A stretch of DNA of 64,000 nt from Trichoplax adhaerens (lineage: Eukaryota > Animalia > Placozoa). The stretch lies in contig NW_002060943.1 in assembly GCF_000150275.1 (NCBI RefSeq), forward strand, positions 3,988,008-4,052,007. Reading direction: 5' to 3'. The notes below the pieces were generated by a model. That model saw only the letters and a list, made by a program, of their open reading frames with translations. It ran no database searches and was not told the DNA's origin. Positions 40,625 to 52,700 of the stretch are shown here, piece by piece; the first letter of the stretch is position 1, and every line of letters starts with the position of its first letter. Position numbers and translations under genes: made by a program.

Positions 40625-42253
40625 GACGTTACTTAATATAAACCAAAATTAAAATTGGCGCCAAGCTTTCAAACAATGATGCCAAAATAGGTCAACTGAA
40701 TGAAGTATTGTAGCAAGTTTATTCGGAGAAATTTATTCTCACAGCCTTTCGATCGTTTTGGAAGGCAGCTGTTTTGCATATTTTATCTAATTATGATTAT
40801 AGCTATACATTGATATGCCTCCTTTCATTCAGTGTAGCTGATTGATCTACAGGTATAATTTATATTCTATAGTACAACAATTAGTTAAGGTAGAATAACT
40901 TAATATTGAGCATATGTTAGTTGTAAGCAATAATAACGTTATCGATGGAATATGAACTTCATTTGTCATATACTCTAGCTATCGTCATTCATGTTATTAC
41001 CTCGCTGTAAGAATGATAACCGCTGGTTGTTTAAATGTAGTATACGAGTATTTTATTGGCAGCAAATATTGATGGATTGAAATTAAATATAAAATTTTTA
41101 TTAACGCTATTATTAATACATCTCTATAATATTATTGACATAATAAATGAAAATTTGTTTCTGAACGGAAATAAGTTCCAATGTGCATTTAATGATTACA
41201 GCAACTGTTTATTACATCTATATAAGTGCATTAATGTCACGGTAATGACATATTCTGATTGAAACAAACAACATCGAAGTGTACACTAAATTTTTGGCAC
41301 TGATATATTAGTAATTGTTTTCCATAATTAATCCTGAAATGTCAAGTAAAAACTATTCTACAATACCAAAAATGAAATTAGCGCCCTTTGAGATGATACT
41401 ACAGTATATTATAAATTATATAGTATAATTATGGTTAAATATTTTAGCCCATCATAGTTAGTATAAAGTATTCTTGTTGCTAACCAATAATACTTTTTTA
41501 TTTCAAAATTGAATTTGAGTTTCATACTACTGTAGAAAAATATAAAGAAATTCTTCACTCCTAGTGTAATATTGTGCAATGAGAAGTAGTAATGCTATAA
41601 GCAGTATTAACATCCATTTGATTGATACTGTAAAACTATCATCTTATCATGTAAATTTGCTAGATAGTTGATTTACTATTGTACTATACATAGTGCTACA
41701 CCTACTATAAAAGATCCTAAAATCATAACAGCCACAATCAATCGATATCTATATACCAGAAGCTGTGTGCATAAGAGTATGAGTAATTTACAAGATAGTT
41801 GCCGTAAATGTTGCTATTTTTCAGTTCATGGCTAGGTTACTAGGCAGATGGCTCATGATCTCTCAAATTTATGGAGGCTTGATGTTAACCATTCTTACGT
41901 TATTTCCAACTAAAGTTACAATCCAAAATTGTTATAATACTATAACATTTCCGCTTATTACATTTCTAATAGTAAGTAACTTGAAGTACGTGGCAGTTTA
42001 ATCTAATACGTACGAGTAACTACCAGCTCAATTTGTATATAACATGGCAAGATTGCTATCTAAAACCAGTACACTTGTTTGTTGGCTCTTATTAGATACA
42101 AGATAAATGGCAATTACGACAATAGTCAGTTGATGCCAATTATACTATATAATACAATTAATTATTTTACATCAGATTGCGAGGTGCTGAAATAAATAAG
42201 ATACAGTTTTACTCTCAAAATGTAAGCCAAGTATTGCCAGTAATGTTTGTTGG

Positions 42254-45200
42254 CTACTTTGGCCTGTTAATCCCTAAAGAATAAGACGTACTGCGAATAG
42301 AATTTCGAGCTGGAATAAAAGATGAAACATACTTATTAAAATTATATGCGTATATAACACTTCGATCCTCTATTATTATACTCTTATTGTACAACATGAG
42401 GAACCATTTGCAAACATTATGCTCGAATCATAAATGTTTGCTGAAAGAATACCTGAAAGCAACAGACAACATTTAAAATCATTACTTTGAATTTACCTTC
42501 GAAATAAGATGTGTCAGTTTCATTATCAGGGCAGGGAATAAATGGAGGAGGATCGTTAAGAATATTATTCCAATCCAAGTCATGAAAAAAAGGGTATGCC
42601 TTGACCTCTAAAATAGCAGAAAATATCTACTTTAATGCCATTCTGCCGAATTCAAGGTTTACATTAATTACCTAGATAACTTTCAATCTATAGTTGCTAT
42701 CACATGATGCAGCCTAGTAATAGATCTAGTTACCTTGAACACGCGGACGGTCATCAGGATTTAACTGAAGAAGGGAATCGATTAAAGACATAGCTTCCAA
42801 GCTTAGCGCTTCTTCTCCACCTGGCCAAGGGATGTCTGCTCCGTAGGACAAATAAAATGTCACGATTTTTCAAAGCATATTTTGATCTTGCGATAGGCTT
42901 ATTTACATGCACTATTGTTTTATATCGGTAGCATATTTGTAATCTTACCGCGCTCTTTAATATTGTTGAATATTCTCTCAACACTTTCATCCGAAAATGG
43001 CGGAATACCAGTTAAAAATTCAAATAAACAGACACCAACTGCCCACCAATCAACAGAGGTATCTAATAATTTGTGATAAATCCTTGAATATCATTTTCTG
43101 AAACAGCTTATATAATTTCACAATAAGTAATAATTCTAATGAGAAGTATAAGTTACCTTCATTATGATCTTCCCCTGACAAAACTTCTGGTGCTAAATAG
43201 TCTGGGGTACCAAGCAATTGATGCCGCTTTACAGGAGACCCATTCCGAGCCCTAACGCAAAACTTTGTTGTCTTTAACGGTGTCTCTTTGAACATACTAT
43301 TGGAAGATGAATTACTGATACTAGGGACTGCAGGTGGTGACAATGTTCCATCGCTATCGACAGATATAATACTAGAAAAATGATGTCCACATTTTAGATT
43401 TTTTACGGTAGAGCAAGTTGCAAGCTTTCGATTTCCTGAACGTAAATGATCATGCTGATGGCTGCGATCTTCATCATCTTCATCGTTATACGATGATTGA
43501 AATAGATATTTTCTAATCGATTCAGTTGTATCAACTATTTCTCCTTGCATAGGCGAGTTCCGAGTAGAACCATCGCTAATAAATGGCGAACAAAACGACG
43601 GCGATTTGATAGGATCAGTAGATGAATCATGCGTTCTATTAACATTTCGGTAGTGATCGTGACGTTCGTAATATTCCAAAGAAGATTGGTCACGGGATGC
43701 AGAACCCTAGAATGAATTAAATAAATTGGATTCTTAGTAAGTGCAATATCACTAAATGGACTTTATTCGTGAACCCAGTAAATACTGTACAATTTTTTTC
43801 GTTATAGCAAGTTAAATGTTTAAATAGTTCAACCTAGTAAGAATTGGAGGTTTACTCTGTGGGAATATTGTAATTTAACATTCATAAATAAGGATATAAT
43901 CCAAGGTGTTAATAATTATAAAATAATATAATGAAATTAGTTCGTGGGGTGAGTTTTAAATATATGAAAAGTAGAGAAGGTCAGACAGACCGTATTCACT
44001 ATTGCTACGAATGTGGCCTGGTGACCGAAGTAATAGACCTTAACATTTAACAATATTTATGATTTCTTTTATCGTAGTGATATTTTTTAATAATTCAACT
44101 ATAGTGGTTACATTGCAACGTGAAATACCGCTTACAGTCTACTTTCATAATAATTGATGATCATGACGCAGCTCAACACGGCAAAATAATAGGTAAAAGT
44201 AATGAAGTAATGTATATCACATGTAATTAATTAAAAGAGGCATCTTTCCAATCTAAGGAAACAGATAGGGTAATGACATCGATAAAGAATCTATTTTTAA
44301 TGTTGTTCAATACACTGTGAGTAATTGTTTGTAGGTGAAGTATTTACAGTTATAATAGTTGTCATCAGATATCCAACGTACAGAGTATGACATTGAACTG
44401 TTAGTTAAATCATAAAAGAAAAGCAACTAGATGAAGTTAGGACACTTACAAAGGCTAGAACACTAGTTAATGATGCAACTTGTCCGGGTGTTCTATAATA
44501 CGCTGCATAGCGCGAAGGAGTCACACTTGATGGTAAACAAGGGGAACTCATCATATCCTGATAGCTAACGTCTAGGCGAAGAATAAAATAAATTAATCAA
44601 GAATATCATGTACAAGTTAGCATATTTCTTTATGAAAGATCGATACAAGACATTGACACCTTACCACGATTTAATGTTAGCCTAGATAAGCCAAAATCGG
44701 TCAATTTTAAATAGCCTTCAGCTGAAATTAACATGTTGTCCGGCTTTAAATCACGGTGAACTATATTATGTGAATGGAGATACTCTAAGGCAGCAACAAT
44801 TTGGCTAGTATAGAATCGAGCTGTTGATTCATCGAAATAGCCTAAATTCATGAGTAACGATTTAACATCACCACCTATCATGTATTCCATAATAAGATAG
44901 ACACGATCATTTGATTGTAGTGAATAAAATAAATGGACAATAAATGGACTACAGGATAGCGCCATCGCGTCACGTTCAGCGATAACTTGAGTAGCCATAT
45001 TTTTGCGAATTAATTCTTCTTTTGCCATTACTTTTAAAGCGAATAATTTGTCTCGCCGACGTGCTAAATAAACTTTAGCGAAACCGCCATGGCTAATGGG
45101 TTTAATAATTTCAAAATCGGATACACTAGGAGGCAATTTGGTGGTAATTTGATTATAGTCCTTATCATCTTTTGTGGTATTATCAAGTGGTTGTTGACAA

Positions 45201-45421
45201 TGATAGTATTGGTAATGGTTAATGGTTGTCGATTGCCATTTGCTTTTACTTTTAGGCTCAAAGTTGAAGTGGTTCTCTTTGCTATCATCATGGTCTGGAG
45301 GATGTGTACAGTCTTGGATCACACCTGGCTGGTTAGTTTTCTTTTCAGATTTGCACCCCATTGATTGTCCACTTCTTCCAGTGGCATTGGTATCCCTCGG
45401 ATGAAATACACGATCCTCCAT
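42254..45421 (-). CDS. MASTL: Serine/threonine kinase Greatwall (MASTL)
   Basis: [58 protein letters not shown], then [11 protein letters not shown] and a non-conserved middle region, [11 protein letters not shown], and AGC tail [19 protein letters not shown]. Confidence 0.93.
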
Positions 45422-45642
45422 TGTAGTTCTACTCGTAGTAAGATCAGTTTTAAGATATTTAGTTGATCTCTATAGTCAATGATATAGGATTGTATTGACT
45501 GTACGCATAAAGAATATAATTTTATTAGCAATCAACAATCTTCAATACGATGCAAGTATTTTCTACATAAGATCAACTATTCAAGATGAATTTACGCCTT
45601 GCAAACTGCAACACTACACTCAAATGGGGGAAAAAATGTATG

Positions 45643-46853
45643 GTGACTCTGTGAGGACTGAGGAGCGGTATTGGATAGAAACTCTGCCACAAACTGACAA
45701 ACATATACAGTAGAGCGATGAATATGGCGATTAAAGTATATATATATTTATATATGATGGCTCTGCGAGGACTGAGGAGCGGTATTGGATAGAAACTCTG
45801 CCACAAACTGACAAATACATACAGTAGAGCGATGAATATAGCAAGTAAAGTAGATATCGTGACTCTGTGAGGACTGAGGAGCGGTATTGGATAGAAACTC
45901 TGCCACAAACTGACAAATACATACAGTAGAGCGATGAATATAGCAAGTAAAGTAGATATCGTGACTTTGTGAGGACTGAGGAGCGGTATTGGATTATGCC
46001 ACAAGCTGACAAATATATACAGTAGAGCGATGAATATAGCAAGTAAAGTATATATCGAGACTTTGTGAGGGCTGAGGAGCGGTATTGGATAGAAATTATG
46101 CCACAAACTGACAAGCACATACACTAGAGCGATGAATATAGCAAGTAAAGTAGATATCGTGACTCTGTGAGGACTGAGGAGCGGTATTGGATAGAAATTA
46201 TGCCACAAGCTGACAAATATATACAGTAGAGCGATGAATATAGCAAGTAAAGTAGATATCGTGACTCTGTGAGGACTGAGGAGCGGTATTGGATAGAAAT
46301 TATGCCACAAGCTGACAAACACATACAGTAGAGCGATGAATATGGCAAGTAAAGTAGATATCGTGACTCTGTGAGGACTGAGGAGCGGTATTGGATAGAA
46401 ATTATGCCACAAGCTGACAAATATATACAGTACAGTAGAGCGATGAATATGGCAAGTAAAGTAGATATCGTGACTCTGTGAGGACTGAGGAGCGGTATTG
46501 GATAGAAATTATGCCACAAGCTGACAAATATATACAGTAGAGCGATGAATATGGCAAGTAAAGTAGATATCGAGACTTTGTGAGGACTGAGGAGTGGTAT
46601 TGGATAGAAATTATGCCACAAGCTGACAAACACATACAGTAGAGCGATGAATATAGCAAGTAAAGTAGATATCGTGACTCTGTGAGGACTGAGGAGCGGT
46701 ACTGGATAGAAATTATGCCACAAACTGACAAACACATACAGTAGAGCGATGAATATAGCAAGTAAAGTAGATATCGTGACTTTGTGAGGACTGAGGAGCG
46801 GTATTGGATAGAAATTATGCCACAAACTGACAAACACATACAGTAGAGCAATG
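45643..46853. repeat. Tandem repeat, 102-bp unit x 12
   Basis: Units start at 45643, 45757, 45859, 45961, 46057, 46159, 46261, 46363, 46470, 46572, 46674, 46776. High identity, with indels of +12, -6 and +5. Confidence 0.96.
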
Positions 46854-47644
46854 AACGTGGTGAGTGCAGTATAAATTCGTCGTGGTAAGCCGATCTCGAT
46901 GGTTGTTACGCAAATGAATGGCAATCACTATCACTATTGGCCTTCAACTTTTATCCAATACGCGTGTTGCAATGCAATTGCTAGTTTGAATATCTTCCAG
47001 CGAGTGCAGTTATTGAAATGACTGTCAACCATTGCACCAGTACAAATACTGTATCTGCCATGTTGGTTTTAATAGGATCCCACATTGGATTTGCTCCAAC
47101 TGCATCAACAAAGCGAGTATACCGCACCATGAATACGTGTGTCGACGACTGATGTCAATGACAATTTATAACTTTGAATAAATAATTCAATCATTGCAAG
47201 AATCCCAATTTGGGCAAATTGTTTTACCTCTTCTTCGACTACGAGTCTCTCAATCCTGCTAGAATGGAGTCAATGTTGTTGTTATTATTGCTTTCCAATG
47301 GGATCAATTGAGTCGGCAAGACTTGTGCGACGTCGAATCAATTTCAATAGCTAATGATAGATCGCTTTTACACTAATCTACGATGTTGATTTGGTCGATC
47401 GATCATCCTTTCTATCAAGAAATTCGGAAATAAAATGAAAATAGCAAAGCAAGCGAAAGACAGCAGAGGGACGAAGAGAGATGCTTTCCCGCAACCCAAA
47501 ATGCAAATCTACTTCTAACATGAGAAGTGCAAGTGGCAGAGTAGGGCAATTACGGCGCGCATGGTGCACTATATAGCGCACAGTATCATCATGGTTGGAG
47601 GAAAAACTTGGCCAATTCAAATACTCGCGCTTGTGCAGTGATGA

Positions 47645-47904
47645 CAGTACAGAACTGTACAGTACAGTACTGTAGAATCATTTTCTGCCTTAGTACTGTA
47701 GACTGTAAACTGTACAGAAAACAGCAGAGTACAGTACAGTGTACTGTAGAGTAGAGTGCAGCAATACAGTACTGTGCACTGTACTCCATAGTCTGTCTGT
47801 CCATGATACTGTCGATTAAATACTCGCGTACAGTATACTGTAGTATTTTCTGCCTTAATACTGTACACTGTACTCCGTAGTCTGTCTGTCCATGATCCTG
47901 TCGA
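47645..47904. promoter_or_regulatory. TACAGTA-rich cluster with 45-bp direct repeat; candidate bidirectional promoter for MASTL/TBC1D2
   Basis: Dense TACAGTA/TACTGTA. Direct repeat 47771-47815 / 47860-47904. Lies between divergently transcribed genes. Confidence 0.45.
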
Positions 47905-48621
47905 GAATGCTAGCGTAGACTGCATTGTGCTACCGAATGGACAATGAAACACCTTTGGATGGACAGACATTTGGACTACTCTGATCCATCAATTGTGTCA
48001 AACTCTTGACTATGACTAATGGCCGTAGTTTACGATGCCGATAGTGAATGGACTGATTTTCTTTTTTAAATCAAGTAATATTTCATTGCCTGCTACTAAG
48101 CTCTGCTTAAAAGCAGTCCATTGACATCATCAATGTTCTTCAAATGGATACAAGTGATTTAGAAAACAGACACGCAAGATCTGCATACTGAAAGTCAGTC
48201 ACGATTTTGCGACATTTTTCGCCTGCTCTGCTAGACAATGTCCGTCTGTCTGAGGAGAGTTGCTGATCCAAGGATTTCTTTCCAGTAGTCCAATGGCGGC
48301 GAACCACTTGAAAGTCGAAATAATGATAGTAATCATAAATCATATGTAAATACTGGATGATTCAAATCGCCATACAGTATTGACATATTCACTTTTTTTT
48401 TTACTAGACATGTTGTTCAGGGCATCCTACACGAATAGGACAACTTCAACCAAGTGTACAGAAAGCTTGTAGTGGCATAGCCTAGCGTGGAGTTTGCAAT
48501 ACTGTTTTTAATGTACTACAGCATCAGATTATGATACTGAATTTCAAGCTATGCCATAATCCAAACAAATAGTTTAGCATCGCTAGAATAGAGCCGAATG
48601 CGCTTTGAAATGAATCCATTT

Positions 48622-49370
48622 TGTCGCAGAAAATAAGTAAAGAGATCGAAAATTGAAACAGATTTGTGCATTGATAGAACTACCAGTGTGTCAAGAGCTA
48701 AAATGTCGTTAAAACGGATCGAGTGTGAGAGATGGTAGACGAGAGCTACTTGTAGAAAGGCGGTCGCCATCCTTTCATGTCATTCTTTCTTCTCTTCTTG
48801 CAAAATCACAACAAATCAAATAAAGAGATTGAAAATTGAAACACAATTGTGCATTGATAGAACTACCAGTGTGTCAAGAGCTAAAATGTCGTTAAAACGG
48901 ATCGAGTGTGAGAGATGGTAGACGAGGGCTACTTGTAGAAAGGCGGTCGCCATCCTTTCATGTCATTCTTTCTTCTCTTCTTGCAAAATCACAACAAATC
49001 AAGTAAAGAGATTGAAAATTGAAACACAATTGTGCATTGATAGAACTACCAGTGTGTCAAGAGCTAAAATGTCGTTAAAACGGATCGAGTGTGAGAGATG
49101 GTAGACGAGGGCTACTTGTAGAAAGGCGGTCGCCATCCTTTCATGCCGTTCTTTCTTCTCTTCTTGCAAAATCATGTCGCAGAAAATAAGTAAAGAGATC
49201 GAAAATTAAAATAGATTTGTGCATTGATATGACTACCAGTGTGTCAAGGGCTAAAATGTCGTTAAAACGGATCGAGTGTGAGAGATGGTAGACGAGGGCT
49301 ACTTGTAGAAAGGCGGTCGCCATCCTTTCATGTCGTTCTTTCTTCTCTTCTTGTAAAATCACAACGAATC
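48622..49370. repeat. Tandem repeat, ~183-bp unit x 4
   Basis: (A/G)ACTACCAGTGTGTCAAG anchors at 48678, 48861, 49044 and 49231. Confidence 0.95.
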
Positions 49371-49781
49371 ATAACTACTCCACTAAATCGATAGCAGCGC
49401 CTTTCTTTTTTCTTGAGTAGTTTTCCATACTCTTGTTGGGTTGTGCTAGTGCCCATACAACACTGTCCTTGAATCAATAAATTACATTTTTGCAGACAAA
49501 TTGCGCAGGACTTTTACCATTGTGGATCTTATTCCAAGTCGGTGATGAGACTATACTACCTTGAGTAGAAGAACTACAAAGTAGAGTGGTATACCACTGC
49601 TATGCCTGCGTTAGATCAATATCGTCTGGCAGTATACTGTAGAATACTTTCCCCCACCCCCCTCTCGATGTTATGCTAAAGCTGTCATTCTTGACTGTCA
49701 ATAAATAATCCCCTCCAGTGACTATTGCAATTTAGTTGCTGCTACTGCCATTGAATCAACAACCTGGTCGAAAAAAACAAC

Positions 49782-52700
49782 ATGAACCGCGAGGCTAAAG
49801 CAGGAAAAACAGTAGATGATCTTTTAACTATAGAAAGTAACAATGACAATCGCAAGAGCCAGGAGCTTGACTGGGAAATATTAGATCCGCCAATGGAATC
49901 GTTCGATTTACTGAGGCAATACCATGGAAACAACGTTCAAAATGAACAAGTTTCATTTCCTTCTCAAGCAAAGGTACAAGTTGATACTGCTTATCCTTTA
50001 GCCATCTTTTAATCATCCTAACTTATCCACGTAGAAATAGCCAGATATCTTTTCTTACCAGATACAAATCACCAGTGGCAATCATTGTAAGAAAGAGTCG
50101 AACTTTATAACGATACTATCCATTCACTTCAAAAGTTCTATACGTGCCATCCATTTAAAAGTGAACTTTCATCACCTCTCCATCATTTAATCGACGCCAT
50201 GTAGAAAAAAAAATTCTTCTCCAACATCCACCAATGCTAGTATAGTCCACTGATATCAACGGACTGTTTCCTCTCTTTCAGTAACTCTTGCCATTATCGT
50301 GTCATCAACAAGGACAATCTTGAATGCCATTCGTATCCACACATTGAAATCATCATTTCAACGTTAAAATCATGAGATCCATTTACAACTTGATTCACTT
50401 ATTGTAGAAGGATTACTCTATCTCTTCTTTTAGTATTCATTGGAAAAGGACAGTACAGGCAACAGTAGGCAATACTCTCTTCTCGATGAAAAAATAATAC
50501 TCTAGTCAACCTGACTGTTGCATCTTCGGACACACTTCATCTTCTTCTTACAATAATAATCAACCATGATTACTTAATCTAACTCTGACGGTTATCAAGA
50601 AAATGCCAAATGAAGGACTCTGACCTAAAGCATTCATGGCTCTCCATTGACTTATTTAGATTAGACGAGTATTGCTCTTGTTGGACGCGTATACAACACA
50701 GTACAACTTGAAAAGATAACTTGTGCATTTTCCACTCTTAAAATCAATCTACTGGACAAGTTGATAACAGCATCAACAAAACCAACTGTACTCAAAATTT
50801 ATCCTCCATGTCCTTAATATGGCGTAGTTTGCGCCCATTTTTCTCAGTCTTATTCGCTATACTGTACAGCACTTATTGCCTACCATTATCTGACTTTGTC
50901 ACGATTAATGAATAAATGCATCAATTGAATGAGAATGCTAGTTTACCTTACCATGTCGTTGAAATGGTGACAATTTACTCAAGTTAGCTACTGCCTAACG
51001 TCATCCAATCACCGACTATACCATTTCTTAGTCATGTTTGACATTACAAATAGGTAGACGAACAGACAAATGTTATAATACACTTGCCACCACTATCCTT
51101 TATGAATTTCGTCCATCTTAGTCATGAAAGAGATTTGTAGATATTAATAAATGATTCATCATTATTAAGCTTGCCCTCCATGAATGTCATTAACAGCATA
51201 GTATCCTTTTTTATACACGTAATCCAAGATTAGTTACAATCCCCTATCTAGTTAGCAATTCTCAGCAGTACGTGTGCTACAATAGTATTAAGAGTCCTGA
51301 TATCATAAAGTATCGACTGATACTGTGCAATAGTTGATGGAGGCAAAAACAACGATTGAAACATTACCGTGTTGGTCTATTGGGTTAATTTTATTTTATC
51401 GTTAGTTATTAGACGACTGCGTTCTAACTTTTCTCATAACTTACAAACTTTGTATCGTAACGATCACGATTGAATTGGATACTGCATCTACTGTATGGAT
51501 AGAGAAATGATATAATAGTTTGCTGCAATCATTCAATGCATTTGTAACATAAATTTCCAGCAATATACCAAGTCAAGTTTTCCATCTGGAGTACGAATAA
51601 TGTTGTAGATAAATATTGTCTAAATTAGTGCAATAATACCCACCGTACTCAGAAAGAACTTCTGAAGCATAGCAGATATTACCGTTATAAATTAATATAG
51701 AGTAGACTACGCCTACGACAGCTCCAATTATCCTATAAAGGACGTCATAAGCTACTTACGTAAAGTATTATATTAATTATTTACTCACCCAAAATCTCAA
51801 ATCTAAATAATGTAAATAATTTCTTAAAGACACTACTTTAGACCCAGATCGTTTAATGGCCATGGTAATGGCTTTCATTAGTCCTACCTTACTCTGACAC
51901 CTATATAAATAATATTAACAAATGAGCGCAATTTATTCTGCAAATATCTCACTTTTAGCCTTTCTTCTAGAAATAGTCAAATTCAAGCGAATCCATCATG
52001 CTACAACATAGCTTACGTTAGATGATATTTTCATTTTAATTAAAGAGTAAAATTCTTTTACTCTCTCTCTCTCTCTCTTTCCCATAACGAAATTTCAATC
52101 AACCGTCATAGAGTATAGAAATACAATTTTCTTATGGATTGTAGTAATAAGATATGGGAAAGTACTAAACGTGTACAGGCTGTAGCCGATCGATTTCTCA
52201 ACACTCTGAATTTTTTCATGCTGTTTGTTAACGTGTTTATTTGCTTTACAGTCAAGATCCTTGAATGTTGTCATAGTAAGATACTTGTCACAAACAGCAT
52301 ATGCTTGAATATCTTTTAATTGCAACGCATTATTATTAATATCTTTACATAAATCTTCTCTATCCGGTTCTAGTTCCATCAACGTATTCACCAAAAGTAA
52401 ACATAGCATGACCTCTTTACCTCTTTTACCATATCATATGGTATATAATACATACTTCTGGCGTATATATACGCATCTACACATGTTTAAGAATGTCTAT
52501 ATATACTCGTACTTATACGTGTATATCAAACACTAGTTATCACTCTTATTACTTTGCCATTTATGAACTATTTTGAAAATAGGATACTCTAATTATAATA
52601 TGAATATATTGATACACGCATGTAAACATTGGTGTGAGATAAGTAAAATTTGAAATACATCCCCTGTCTTTAGCATCCTTCAAACGTTCAAAAATCCCAA

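Noticed and set aside
42375-42452. Alternative last exon of MASTL (GILSANIYD...)
   Set aside because: It would need a 44-nt intron, and the downstream exon gives the conserved FE-ARN ending.
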